From Somniosus microcephalus (Eukaryota): DNA of 64,000 nucleotides. Below the pieces are notes generated by a model. That model was not told where the DNA came from. It saw nothing but the letters and a program-made list of their open reading frames with translations, and did no database searches. The position numbers and the translations under genes were made by a program. Shown in pieces: positions 48,995 to 61,741 of this stretch (position 1 is its first letter; every line of letters begins with the position of its first letter). Location of the stretch: assembly GCA_052327205.1 (NCBI GenBank), contig CM126203.1, positions 42,842,001-42,906,000 of the forward strand. Reading direction: 5' to 3'.

Positions 48995-50965
48995 ATGGAG
49001 AGGGCCCGTGAACGAGCGCAGCGCTTCTCAGAGCATGCTCTGAGGGTGCTGATTAATGGTGTCGAAAACAAAAGAGAGATCTTGTGCCCGGACAGTGGCA
49101 AGAAGGCTCCCAGGAGCCAGTACAGGAAAGCCTGGAGGAAAATCGCCCGCAGGGTGTCATCCACCTGCGATGTCCCCAGGAGTGCGGACCAATGCCGCAA
49201 GAAGTACAACGACCTCACTCGGATGGTGAAGGTGAGTACCCTTTCCAGTGTCCTCCTCATCCTTGCATGTGCACCTCACATTATGGGCAAAGGGACCTCA
49301 AAGGACTAATGGGCAGCCCTCCTCCCGCAGCAATGGCACTGGCATGATCATCAATAGCACTTTCTGCACTTAACACACTGGCCAAGCTATTCGACCATGG
49401 GAGGCAGTGCACACAGCAACAGGGCACCACACTGGCCAAGCTATTCGACCATGGGAGGCAGTGCACACAGCAACAGGGCACCACACTGGCCAAGCTATTC
49501 GACCATGGGAGGCAGTGCACACAGCAACAGGGCACCACACTGGCCAAGCTATTCGACCATGGGAGGCAGTGCACACAGCAACAGGGCACCACACTGTACT
49601 TAGAGGCCGTCCTTTCTCTTGCAGGCCAAGCTGGCGCGGAATTTGAGGAGCCAGTCTGCCACCGGGGGAGGCCGTCCCCAGTACCAGGCGCTCAGTGAGC
49701 TGGAGGAGAGCGTGGCTCGACTCATGCGTGCCCGGGTGACTGGCCCTGTTGCGATCGGAGATGCGGACCCTGTACTGGGACCCACTGGTAAGGGCATGAC
49801 CGGTTGGACCTCTGTCGTTGCCCTTGCGCTTCAGATCTACATCCTTTCGCACTGACCGACAAATGCGCATAATGCCACCACTCAGGCCTCCCTCGCTGAC
49901 GCCCTGTCCTCACTCTAAAGCTACTCTTGTGCCTTCCTGCTTTCAGCTGGTGAGGAGGAGGTGGTCCCTGAAGCTCAGAGTGCCAGGCCCTTGGAGGAGG
50001 AAGACGACGAGGACCAGGAGGAAGGCGGCACATCGGGGGAACCCTCATCCGCGCCAGGGGATGGCAATGGAGGGGAGACGTCTGGCCTGCAGGAGAGCCA
50101 GGGGGAAGTGTTGCAGGGGAGGGCAGATCCTGGGCCCAGTGGGCTCGAGGCACGCGGGAAGGGTCCGGCAGCACGCCGGCCTTCTCCCCAGAGGGAGAGT
50201 CCGCCCTCCAGTCCGGAGACGGTCCTCGCCCAGGAGGTGCGCCTCCTCGATGAGATGTCGGCGGCATCTGAGCGGCGCCACCAGGAGTTCATGGGGGTTG
50301 TGCAACAGATGCCTCAGGCCATTGAGTCCCTGGCTCATAGTGTGGTCGCTATAGGGGAATCACAGGCCAGGGGGGTCGAACAACTCGCGGCAGCGCACGA
50401 CAGGGGTGTCCAGCAACTCGCGGCAGCCCAGGACGCGACTCGCGAGATGAGTGGTGCCGTCCAGGCACTGGCAGAGCTGATGCGGGCACATACCAGGGCA
50501 GTTCGGGCACTCACTTCTGCCACACTCGCTGTGGCGCGGAAGCATCGCCAGGGCACCCGCCGCCCTGCTGCAGCACAGTGGTCTGGCCTCCACCAGATTG
50601 CTGCGCTTGCTGCACTGCCAGCCCGGCCGAGTGCCAGTGTCTCTGGCGAGCAGCGCGCGCCTGCCATCAGCCAGCTTGCCCCCATTGGTGCAGCCGACAC
50701 TGCCACTCCCCCAGCCAAGGTGCGACGAGCTGCTGCTGAGACTGATGCTGGCCAGCCACAGCTGCAGCAGTCAGCAGCCGGCCCCTCCCGGGCCGGGCCT
50801 CGTCTAGGCCGACCCCCAAGGGCATCTGCCGACACGCATTGTGGCCCTCATGAGCCTTCCCCCAGCCTTGCCACACCCGCAGGGCCCAGGTTGAGGCGGA
50901 GCAGCAGGTCGGGCAGGGGCCAGAAAAGCCTGTCTAAGGACTCGCCCTCTCGGCACACCCATTAG
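48995..50965 (+). CDS. Harbinger Myb/SANT (trihelix) DNA-binding protein, 3 exons, ~472 aa
   Basis: Exons 48995-49231, 49625-49787, 49947-50965 with GT-AG introns in phases 0 and 1. Splicing gives one uninterrupted ORF: RFSEHAL...AWRKIA...QCRKKYNDL, TGGG motif, acidic tract, coiled coil. Confidence 0.85.
49374..49596. repeat. Four perfect 54-bp tandem units in Myb intron 1
   Basis: CACACTGGCCAAGCTATTCGACCATGGGAGGCAGTGCACACAGCAACAGGGCAC x4. Confidence 0.95.
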
Positions 50966-51238
50966 AGTGTGGTGATAGCGGTTTTTTTTATATTGGGGGG
51001 CTTGTGTTCTGGGGGGGCATTATTTTGGTAAGTCCGAGGATCAAGGCATTTTTTGTTTTTATGGGGGTGTTTGTGTTGTGGAGGGGGGGGCTTATTTTTG
51101 TAAGGCCGATGATGAAGGCCATTTGGATGGGCAAGTTTTGTTAGTCCTCCCCAGGTTTTGGGAGTGACAGATGTTTTTGACTTTTTTGGGGGTCTTGTCT
51201 GTTTTTCTGTTTCATGTGGGAAGGGCCCTGAGTTTGTG

Positions 51239-51259
51239 AAATAAAGCTTTTTATTTATT
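51239..51259. terminator. Bidirectional poly(A) signals between the convergent Harbinger genes
   Basis: AAATAAAGCTTTTTATTTATT has AATAAA on both strands. Confidence 0.55.
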
Positions 51260-51340
51260 CAGCATGTCCACGTCTCAGGTTTCAAGTGGTTGTTGCGTTA
51301 ACCGGCTGAGGGCTTGCGGTGCGGCTGCCTTCAGGTGCGT

Positions 51341-52522
51341 TCATTGCCACAGCCCATTCCCTGACAGGGGGGCCGAGAAGTGTCGATCAATAAGCCCCCG
51401 GCGGATGGCCCTTGGACCTTGTGGCTCCCTCCTGGGCTGGTACTCCTCCTCCTCCTCCTCCTCCTCATGGTCCTCCTGCTCGTCCTCCTGAGGTGGTGGT
51501 GCAATGTCAGGTGGCAGTGCCTGAGTCCTGCAGATAGCCAGGTTGTGCAGCATGCAGCACACGACGACGAACTGGGAGACTCTATCCGGCGAATACTGTA
51601 GAGATCCGCCGGAACGATCCAGGCAGCGGAACCGTTGCTTGAGGACGCCTATCATTTGCTCTATGATGTTCCTTGTGGCTTGATGGCTTTCGTTGTATGC
51701 CTCCTCCGCTGGGGTCCTGGGCGCGCGGAGCGGGGTCATGAGCCATGTACACAAAGGGTAGCCCTTGTCCCCGATAAGCCATCCCCTTGGTGGAGGCTGT
51801 GCCTCGAACATGTCAGCCACAGTAGTCTGGCGCAGGATAAATGCATCGTGGCTGCTTCCTGGGAAGCGGGCATTGACAGCTAGGATGCGCTGCCTGTGGT
51901 CACACACCAGCTGTACATTTAGGGAATGGTAGCCCTTCCGGTTGCGGTAATCCTCGGCATTGTGGATAGGTGCCCGCATAGCCACATGCGTGCAGTCAAT
52001 GGCGCCCTGCACCATGGGGAAGCGCGCGATCCTGGCAAATCCGACTGCACGCTGCTCCTGCCTCTGTCGGGTCATGGGGAAGGAGATGAATTGGTGTCTC
52101 CTCGCGAAAAGTGCATCGGTGACCTGCCAGATGCAGCGATGCGCGGCGAACTGGGAGATGTTCGCTATGTCCCCAGCAGCGGCTTGGAAGGAGCCGCTTG
52201 CATAAAAGTTCAGAGCCACCGTGACCTTCACTTCCACCGAGAGAGACGTCCTGCACATCAGCTGTGGACGCAGATCTCTGTGAAGCAGCTGGCAGATCTC
52301 TGCAAACACCTCCCTTCTGAAGCGCAGCCTCTTAACACAATGCGCCGCAGTCATGGTGAGATAGGACACCTGCTGCCGGTATTGCCTGAGTGGGTAAGGC
52401 CTACGTTGCCGACGCCTGATGGCCCCTCTGCGTCTAGGCATGGCTGGCCCTCTCTCACAGCGTCTGTGAGCCCTTCGCACATAATGCTGCAACTGAGGGT
52501 TGGACCCCCATACAGCCCCCAT
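51341..52522 (-). CDS. Harbinger DDE transposase (HARBI1-like), ~393 aa
   Basis: Uninterrupted ORF with ALNFYASGSFQ, GAIDCTH (D), NRKGYHSLNVQ, PGSSHDA, IGDKGY (D), RNIIEQMIGVLKQRFRCL (E), CCMLHN. Confidence 0.93.
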   Translation of the reverse strand: MGAVWGSNPQLQHYVRRAHRRCERGPAMPRRRGAIRRRQRRPYPLRQYRQQVSYLTMTAAHCVKRLRFRREVFAEICQLLHRDLRPQLMCRTSLSVEVKVTVALNFYASGSFQAAAGDIANISQFAAHRCIWQVTDALFARRHQFISFPMTRQRQEQRAVGFARIARFPMVQGAIDCTHVAMRAPIHNAEDYRNRKGYHSLNVQLVCDHRQRILAVNARFPGSSHDAFILRQTTVADMFEAQPPPRGWLIGDKGYPLCTWLMTPLRAPRTPAEEAYNESHQATRNIIEQMIGVLKQRFRCLDRSGGSLQYSPDRVSQFVVVCCMLHNLAICRTQALPPDIAPPPQEDEQEDHEEEEEEEEYQPRREPQGPRAIRRGLIDRHFSAPLSGNGLWQ

Positions 52523-54850
52523 AATAAAGTTGAAAACAGTGAAATCAAATGAATCAAATGTCAAAGCACTGGCCAGAAGCCAAAAATACCTCTCCTATGT
52601 TGTCCCAAATCAGTAAGCTCTGTCCCTTGGTCTCTGTCCAGAAATCCAAAGCAGTAAAGTCATTGCAGCAAAATGGCTGGGTTCTTTAGGTCAGTGTAAG
52701 TGCCCTTTAATTAGCGCTCCCCGAGGCCCACAGGGCCTCTGTTGCGTTCCACTTCACAGTTCTTAGCAGCGCCACGCCCACATTGGGCGGGCGCCACTGA
52801 ATTTCCGGTTTGGGGCGCACAAACAGCATTGCACGACGAGATGACGTCATAAGCTGCGCGCGCAGCTGAGCGGGCGCAAACACTTTGCGCCGGCGCTAAA
52901 TGTCAACTGAATTTGGGCGTTGGCGCAGATCGGTCTGCGCCCGGGCGCTAAGTGCCTAGCGCTGGAAATATACCCCTCTTATGGCGTTACCGGCTGGTGC
53001 AACCAACTGAATTTCTAGGCCAAAGTGAAAGGAAATCCTATTAAAAATGAATTAAACTGTCTGTGCAGCAATGCACACAGTGTCCGTAATAAAACAGGGG
53101 AGCTGGAGGCAATCATGTACTGGGAGGAACCAGACCGAGTAGGGATTACTGAGACATGGCTACAGAAAAATCAGGACTGGGAATTAAGCATTGCAGGGTA
53201 TAACATATTTAGAAAAGATAGAGAGAGAGAAAGGGGAGGTGGAGTAGCTGTACTTATTCGGGATAACATAATTGCAGTAGAAAAAAGGGACATAGCTATC
53301 AGCAAAACAAAAATAGAAACCACATGGCTAGAGATAAATGATCAATCACACTAATAGGCGTAGTCTACAGACCACCTAATAGTGGAAGGGAGGTGGAGGA
53401 AGAAATATACAGACAAATTAGAGAAATTAGTAAAAAAAAACATAGAATAATAATCATGGGGGATTTTAACTACCCTGATATTAATTGGACAGAAGAGGTA
53501 GGTAAAGGGGCTAAGAGAATGGATTTCCTACAATGTCTACAGGACACCTTTCTAACCCAATATGTAAAAAGCCCAACAAGGGAGGATTCACTATTGGAAC
53601 TACTTTTGTGGAATGAGCCAGAGTAGATAAGAGAAGTAAAAGTAGGGGAACATATAGGCAATAGTGACCATAATATATTACACTTTAAGATGATAATAGA
53701 GAAGGACATAAGTATGGCAAAAACCAGGCTAATAGATTGGAGAAAAGCTGATTTTGAGGGTCTGAGAATAAAATGGGCAGCAATATTGGCAAACAGTGAT
53801 GTAGAACGACAATGGGAAACATTTAAAAGGGCGTTCAATAGAGTGCAGGAAAAATGTATTCCACTAAAAGGAAACAACAAACTAAACACTAATGGGACTC
53901 CATGGATAAATAAAGACACAAGGGTACAATTGAGGGTAAGGAAAGAGGCATACATTAAGTACATAGACAGCAGAGGAATGCATGATAAGAGAGAATATGA
54001 AGGGATTAGGTAAGAAGTCAAAGAAACAATTAGGAAGGCAAAGAGGAACTATGAAATTAAATTATCAAGGAACATAAAACTAAATAGTAAAATATTTTAC
54101 AGACTAATGAATAAGGTCAGAGAATGCGGAGTCAGGGGACAACTAGCAGAATGGATTGCTAGCTGGCTTCAAGAGAGAAAGCAGAGAGTGGGAGTAAAGG
54201 GTAGCTATTCACAGTGGCAGATCGTGGGTAGTGGTGTTCCACAAGGAGCCATTTGTGCAGCTAATTCATCCACCTTATTGCGAATGCTCCTCGCATTAAG
54301 ACACACAGCCTTCAGGCTTGTTTATTTAACACTCTTAGACCTTTTAGAATTATTATTTACTGTGGCCCTGTTTGATTTACACCCTTGAATTCTCTGCCTT
54401 CCACTTTTGCTTTTCTCCTTCCTGACTTTTGCTTCTATCCTTGCTTCCCTTTCCTATGTCTCCCTGGGCCTTGGTGCCGGCCAAAATCCTCATCAGAGTA
54501 AATCAGGCAAGCTGCATTGGGGTGCTTCATTGGCGCCTGCAACTCACCTGATTTATTCTGATGAGGCTTGAGGATGAATTTACTTCGGTCCTTGGGCTTC
54601 TCCATTCCAAAATCAGGCCCAGTTTGGGGCACTAAGGAAAGTAGACCCCAATTTTGGCACAAGCCCCCAGATGTTAGTGCGGAGAACTTTGCATGGTCTT
54701 TTGTCGTGTCCAAATCCGATGCCAAGTGGTCCATCCGGTTTTATTCTTATTGCAATGTTTTGTCGGGGCTTGCTAACCCATTCCAGAGGGCAGTTAAGAG
54801 TCAACCACATTGCTGTGGATCTGGAGTCACATATAGGCCAGACCGGGTAA

Positions 54851-57800
54851 ACATAGAAACATAGAAACATAGAGATAGGAACAGGAGTAGGCCATTCGGC
54901 CCTTCGAGCCTGCTCCGCCATTCAATGAGATCATGGCTGATCTTCGTCTGAGATCATAGCTGATCTTACCAGTTCAGTACCCCGTCCCCGCCTTTTCTCC
55001 GTAACCCTTAATCCCCTTAGCCTTCAGAAATATATCCAATTCTCTCTTGAAAATATTTATTGAATTAGCCTTCACAGCCCTCTGTGGCAGGGAATTCCAC
55101 AGGCTCACCACTCTTTGAGTGAAGAAATTCTTCCTCATCTCTGTTTTAAATGATTTGCCCGCTATTTTTAGACTGTGGCCCCTGGTTCTGTGCTCCCCGG
55201 CCATTGGAAACATTCTCTCTGAATTCAGCCTGTCCAGGCCTGCCATAATTTTATATGTTTCGATGAGATCCCCTCTCAATCTTCTAAACTCCAGTGAGTA
55301 CAAGCCCAAACTATTTAATCTCTCTTCGTAGGTCATTCCCGCCATTCCAGGTATCAGCCTGGTGAATCGCCGTTGCACTCTTTCCATGGCAAGAACATCC
55401 TTCCGCAGATGGGGCGACCAAAACTGTACACAATACTCCAGATGCGGTCTCACCAGCACCTTGTACAGCTGTAGTAAGGTATCCCTATTCCTATACTCGA
55501 ACCCCCTTGATATGAAGGCCAACATACCATTTGCCTTCTTAATCGCCTGTTGCACCTGCATGCTCTCCTTCAGTGACTGGTGCACAAGAACACCCAGGTC
55601 CCTCTGCACTTCCCCATCTCCCAATCTATTGCCATTTAGATAATAATCTACCCTCCTGTTTTTACCCCCAAAGTGGATAACCTCGCATTTATCCACATTA
55701 TAGTGCATCTGTCACGTATCCGCCCATTCCCCCAACCTGTCCAAATCGCACTGTAGCCTCCTGACATCCTCATCAGAGCCCACCCCTCCTCCTAGTTTAG
55801 TGTCGTCAGCGAATTTGGAAATATTGCATCCAATTCCCTGATCCAGATCATTTATATATATTGTGAACAGCTGGGGTCCCAGGACAGATCCTTGCGGCAC
55901 CCCGCTGGTCACTGCCTGCCACTCCGAAAACGAGCCGTTTATTCCAACTCTCTGTTTTCTATCCGCCAGCCAGTTCTCTATCCACGTTAATACTTTGCCC
56001 CCAATCCCATGAGCCTTAATTTTGCATGATAATCTTTTGTGTGGAACCTTATCGAAGGCTTTCTGGAAGTCAAGGTACACCACATCCACTGGCTCTCCCC
56101 CATCTATTTTACCAGTTACTTCCTCAAAAAATTCCAGCAGATTAGTCAAACACGATTTACCCTTTGTAAATCCATGTTGACTCTGTCCGATCCTTTCCCC
56201 ATTTGTCAAGTGCTCCGCTATTTTATCCTTAATAATGGACTCTAGCATTTTGCCCACAACCGATGTAAGGCTTACTGGTCTATAATTCCCTGCTTTCTCT
56301 CTACCCCCCTTTTTAAATATTGGGGTAACATTAGCTACCCTCCAATCCACGGGTACTGTTCCCGAGTCAATGGAGTTCCGGAAGATGATCCTTAGAGCGT
56401 CTGCTATCTCCAGGGCCACCTCCTTAAGTACCCTAGGATGTAGTTTATCAGGCCCCGGGGATTTGTCGGCCTTCAGTCCCCTCAACTTACCCAACACCAT
56501 ATCCCTAGAGATACTAATTTCTGTCAGCTCCTCCCTCTCATTAGTCCCTATGTTTGCCGATATTCCTGGGAGGTTATTTGTGTCCTCCTTTGTGAATACA
56601 GAACCAAAGTATGAGTTTAATTGGTCTGCCATTTCCTTATTCTCCATTATATATTCTCCCGAATCGGACTGCAAGGGACCGACTTGGGATTTTACCAGTC
56701 TTTTCCTCCTGATATACCGATAAAAGCTTTTGCAGTCTGTCTTTATGTTTGCTGCAAGTTTACTTTCGTATTCTATTTTCCCCTTCCTGATTAATCCCTT
56801 TGTCCTCTTTTGCTGTATCCTGTACTGCCCCCAATCTTCCGGTCTGGTGCTTTTTTTTGCCAGTTGATATGCCCTTTTTTTTTAATTTTATGCTGTCCCT
56901 AATTTCCCTCGTTATCCACGGTTGAGTCACCTTTTTAGGTTTATTTTTATGCCAAACCGGTATAAACATGTTCTGGAATTCTTCCATTCTATCTTTGAAT
57001 GCTTGCCATTGTCTATCCACTGTCAATCCCCCCAGAAACACCACCCAATCAATCTTACCCAATTCCCGTCTCATACCCTCGTAATTCCCTTTATTTAAGT
57101 TCTGGACCTTAGTCTCTGATTCAATTTCCTCACTCTCCATCTCGACTGAGAGCTCGATCATATTATGATCGCTCTGACCCAAGGGGCCTCGTACAAGAAG
57201 ATTGCTGATAAGTCCCTTCTCATTGCACAATACCCAGTCTAAAATGGCCTGATCTCGAGTCGGCTCCTCGACATATTGGTCCAGATAACCGTCCCGAAAA
57301 CATTCCAGGAATTCCTCCTCCTCAGAATTTTTACTAATTTGGGTAGTCCAATCAATATGTAAATTAAAGTCACCCATGATGACAGCTGTGCTCTTATCGC
57401 ACGCTTCTCTAATTTCCCTTTTTATGCCTTCCCTCACCTCCATATTACTATTTGGAGGCCTATATATCACACCCACTAACGTTTTCCTCCCCTTGCTATT
57501 TCTCATTTCTACCCATACAGATTCCGTTTCATCCGAGTTAATATCCTTCCTTTCCATTGCATTAATCCCCTCCTTTACCAGCAATGCTACCCCACCTCCC
57601 CTACCTTTTTGCCGATCCTTCCTAAATATTGTATATCCCTGGATGTTAAGTTCCCAGCCTTGCCCACCCTGCAGCCACGTTTCTGTAATCCCAATCAAAT
57701 CATACTTGTTTACCTCTATTTCCACAACTAATTCATCCACCTTGTTCCTAATGCTTCTAGCATTAAGATACAAAGCCTTCAGGCTTGCTTTTTTCACACT

Positions 57801-58038
57801 CTCATTATGAATTAGTTTGGCCCTTTGTGTTTCTCTCCTTTGCTTATTGCTTCTCACCTTTCTACCATCTATTTCTGACTTCATATGACTTCCCTCTTTT
57901 CCACTACCTAGGTTCCCATCCCCCTGCCAAATTAGTTTAAATCCTCCCGAACCGCCCTAGAAAATATTACCCCGAGGACATCGGCTCCCTCACAGTTCAG
58001 GTGTAGACCGTCCCCTTGGTACAGGTCACTCCTCCCCA
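54851..58038 (-). mobile_element. CR1 LINE, ORF1 end + nearly intact ORF2
   Basis: Endonuclease 56760-57884 (NARSI, ITETWL, MGDFN, SDH). RT 55712-56674 and 54974-55708, separated by one stop. (ATAGAAAC)n tail at 54851-54875. Confidence 0.95.
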
Positions 58039-58205
58039 AGGGCGGCAGATTTCCTTTCCTTAAAGGACATTAGTGAACCTGTTGGGTTTTTACGACAATC
58101 CAATAGTTGCATGGCCACCATTACTGATACTAGCTTTTTATTCCAGATTTATTTAATTAATTGAATTCAAATTCACAAACTGCTGTGGTGGGATTTGAAC
58201 TCACG

Positions 58206-59029
58206 GGGGCGATTTTGCCAGCCCTGGAGAGGCGAGTTTGGAGGCGGGACTGCTGGGAAAATGGCAGAATCTGGGGGCGGGTACTCATCCCGCCCCCAAC
58301 CCGCCTCCGTGCCATCTTCCCAGGAGGCGGGTACCCGACCCGCGCTGGGAGCCGCCTCCCCGAGGCGGGAAGGGGATTAGTGCCAATGAACTGCCTGTTA
58401 ACAGGTAGTTAACAGGCAGTTTTTGGAGAATCCCTATTTTCAGCCCTAAAGTTCGGGCTTCCCGACGGCTCCGAACCACACCAGGGTCAGCGAGGTGGGC
58501 CGTCGGTCTGCGGGGGTCGGAGGGGTCGAGATGTCCGGTGTGCAGGTGAGTGATGGGTGCATGTGTGCAGAGGTAAGTGTGTGAGGTGAGTGTAAAGTGT
58601 TTTAATAAGTTTTACTTACCTTTACCTCTTCCTCCAGGCTTCATCACTTCAGGTCTCGGGAGGCCCTCATCTCATTGGCACAGAAAACAGAATGGCCGCT
58701 GAACTGTCAAAAGCTGCAGCCTTCTGCTTTCTGCTCAGGAGAGATTTCTATGAGTCTGAGTGGAAGGACTCAAGTTAGAGGACAGATTGTCAGTGTTTGA
58801 CAGCTTCACAGAGCCGTCAAACGATGACATTTCATCTGTCAAAAGCTCTTGACAGATGAAACGTCACTCGCTGACATCACCTGTAACCGGCTTTCCCTGC
58901 TGAGCGGGCTTAACAAGGTCAATCAAGGGAAAATAGCGCGAGATGGCCAGAAGTCGATGGAGGCGGGACTAAAACCCGACAAGTGGGAGTCCCGCCTCCA
59001 AAAGCTCCCCATTGACAAAATCCAGCCCC
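58206..59029 (+). mobile_element. Harbinger-type MITE
   Basis: GGGGCGATTTTG...CAAAATCCAGCCCC; TSD ACG; colinear with 37926-38768. Confidence 0.85.
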
Positions 59030-59664
59030 ACGTCTCTGGATTACTAGTCCAGTAACATAACTACTGTGTGGCTGTACCCATATATGAAACTGACCGATTG
59101 GAATACTAAATGAAACCAAATATAAAGTGTTGTCAGATGCTGTCTTGGTAAAGTTATGGGAATTCTACTTTCACTTGTTGAAATAGCACACTGGAGAAAA
59201 CCAGAGCGACATTTTTAGTCAGGATTTCAGGAAGTGTTCTGTATGACCAACAAAGAAAACTTCTGCATTTTTACCAACACTGCTTCTTTCTTTATGGTTT
59301 CAATGGTAGTTGAGAAATCACAGGAGTGAATGGCAATCGCATTGATAGAACTAAATCACGTTAGATATTTTTCTCCCTTTATATTATTAAACATACAGAT
59401 GCAGGAATGGAGTTAAAAAGGCATATACACAATGATAATACCCCTTTGGTATTAAGGCACATGGAAAATACATTTTGGTTTCACCTCCTGCTAAAGAGGC
59501 TGGCTGAGAGGACTCACCTATTCCCCAAGAGTGTCCCCTCTTAAGTATCTACTACATTAGGTATTTCTGGTTGTCTGACTTTGCAATGGATGTCGGAACA
59601 TCAGAGCATATCAATGGGTGTCCATTCCTATGCGGTCACACAGCACGGTGCTATTAGTGTTAAA

Positions 59665-60205
59665 TTTCCACCATCTACAAGGCACAAGTAAGGAGTGTGA
59701 TGGAATACTCTCCACTTGCCTGGATGAGTGCAGCTCCAACAACACTCAAGAAGCTCGACACCATCCAGGACAAAGCAGCCCACTTGATTGGCACCCCGTC
59801 CACCACCTTAAACATTCACTCCCTCCACCACCGGCGCACCGTGGCTGCAGTGTGTACCATCTACAAGATGCACTGCAGCAACTCGCCAAGGCTTCTTCGG
59901 CAGCACCTCCCAAACCCGTGACCTCTACTACCTAGAAGGACAAGGGCAGCAGGCGCATGGGAACACCACCACCTCCAAGTTCCCCTCTAAGTCACAAACC
60001 ATCCTGACTTGGAAGTATATCGCCGATCCTTCATCGTCGCTGGGTCAAAATCCCTACTTAACAGCACTGTGGGAGTACCTTCACCACACGGATTGCAGCG
60101 GTTCAAGGCGGCGGCTCACCGCCACCTTCTCAAGGGCAATTAGAGATGGGCAATAAATGCTGGCCTTGCTAGTGATGCTCACATCCCATAAAAAACGAAT
60201 AACAA
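59665..60205 (+). mobile_element. 3' part of a CR1-superfamily LINE
   Basis: IYKAQVRSVMEYSPLAW..LDTIQDKA post-RT motif; 3' end shared with 11860-12128. Confidence 0.8.
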
Positions 60206-60846
60206 AATAAGATCTACTGACAATAATTCTGGAGCTATCCTCAAACATGGTATAGATTTCAATATCAGATGGTCTTCATATGTTTCTAGAAGTAATAACT
60301 GGAAACTCAATAAGGTGTGCCTTACAGGGACTAAACTATGTTATAAATCACCCCCCTACCCACCCCTGCGCCCCCCCATCCCCACCACCACCACCTTGTG
60401 TAAGATGGATATTTGGAATAGCAACAGAAAATGTAAATACAAATAAGCCACAAACTAACTGTGACTGTAATATAAGTAGGATTAAGTTGTATTTTTGCAT
60501 AAGGTAATTCGACATGTTCAACCCTCATTTAAGGGTGTCTCAAGTGTGGAGCCCTGATGTTCGATCAGCACAAACTATGTGCATTATGTAGGGACTTGAC
60601 ACTGATGGTGCATTTCTTCCTGATCAATATTGTTTCAGCAAAGCAGGGTCTAATATTGCAATCAATAACTTGGCTGGATTTCCTTTATACTTTCTTATCC
60701 ATGTGATGAGCAGTTTTAGCTGGATCAGACAAGTCATCAGCTCTCCTGCAGGTACATGTGTATACCTCTATTGCTCAACATTTTTATATCACATTGAAGT
60801 ACAGCTGAGCACTATTAGACGTATCATTAGATCGCTAAGAAACCTT

Positions 60847-61741
60847 GGGGCAAAAATTCAGTTGGTTTGCGCCTCCCGTTAGCGCCTTAAGAGGGCGCTA
60901 ATGGGGCACAAACAACTAGCGCCCATGCGCGGCGATGTTTGCACCGCTCATGAAATTAACTAGACATTTTGTGGCAGCGCTAAACACTACCGCCACGATC
61001 TCCTGCGCCGACAGATCGTGACGTCAGTCGAGTGTGCAATGTCCCGGTTGCACCCCGGACCGGATATTGAGTAGCGCCCCCTGCATTACCGCCTGCCGCT
61101 AACAATGACAGGTTGAGGGGAGCATTTTGCAGTCAGGAAGGGACTGGGGGAGCGCTATTTAAAGGCGACCACTTCCTGCCATTTTTTGTTGGTGACATTT
61201 TTGCACCACGCATTCTAAGAGAGAGAGAGAGAGACTTCTGGAGAGATTCAACGCTGTGTGAAGGAGTTTTGGGTACTGAGCAGCACTTTGCAGGTTCATT
61301 TTGATTTGCCCTTCCTTGTATCGATTTAGAAGAGACTATGAGGGCTGCACTCTGAGCTCTTTCCCTGGGCCTCTCCATTGTTCTTTCCAGCAGATTTGAT
61401 GTACAGGTCTCTCCAGGCCAAGATTCAAGGCTGCAATGAGCAGGGTGTGGATGGAGAACAAGATTAATCCTCGTCTTTAAGAACTGGCCGGCGCCATTGT
61501 GTCTGTGTTCCATTGCTGACTGACATCACATGAGCTTCGCCAGTGCTCTGAGGTAGTGCCTCGCTCCTCGGCCTTTGCGCCTTAAGACAGGTGTGTAGCG
61601 CCTGATTTAGCGCTCCAATCACCTCCAGGGGGGCGATAAAAGCCAAGTTTGCAGTCGGAGGCGATAATTAGCGCCAGGCGCTAATCTTTGCACCCGGCCG
61701 ATAATTGCACCCCAAATGGGGCGATACTGAATTTCTCCCCC
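60847..61741 (-). mobile_element. Harbinger deletion derivative related to 48638-53021
   Basis: TIR core AAATTCAGT; TSD CTT. Retains GCCGGCCAGTTCTTAAAG and the Myb start MERPRERAQ on the minus strand. Confidence 0.8.

Larger units (their letters stand above)
48638..53021. mobile_element. Complete autonomous PIF/Harbinger DNA transposon
   Basis: Perfect 16-bp TIR GGCCTAGAAATTCAGT (48638-48653, 53006-53021); TSD AAA; two convergent open genes. Confidence 0.95.
44591..54247 (+). mobile_element. CR1 LINE (5' monomers, ORF1, endonuclease, partial RT) hosting an LTR element and a Harbinger
   Basis: 57-bp monomers 44591-44730. ORF1 CLDCSMWE at ~47570, HVGTNDIG. Endonuclease from 53025 (ITETWL, MGDFNYP). 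Internal deletion at ~54105; ends at GVPQG. Confidence 0.85.
54650..59079 (-). mobile_element. tRNA-headed retroposon split by a CR1 and a MITE
   Basis: Pieces 59079-59033, 58205-58039 and 54850-54650 rejoin. B box GTTCAAATCC lies at ~58190-58199 on the minus strand. Confidence 0.6.

Noticed and set aside
51341-52522. Domesticated host HARBI1 gene
   Set aside because: Flanked by perfect TIRs and a TSD and inserted in a CR1, so it is a transposon copy.
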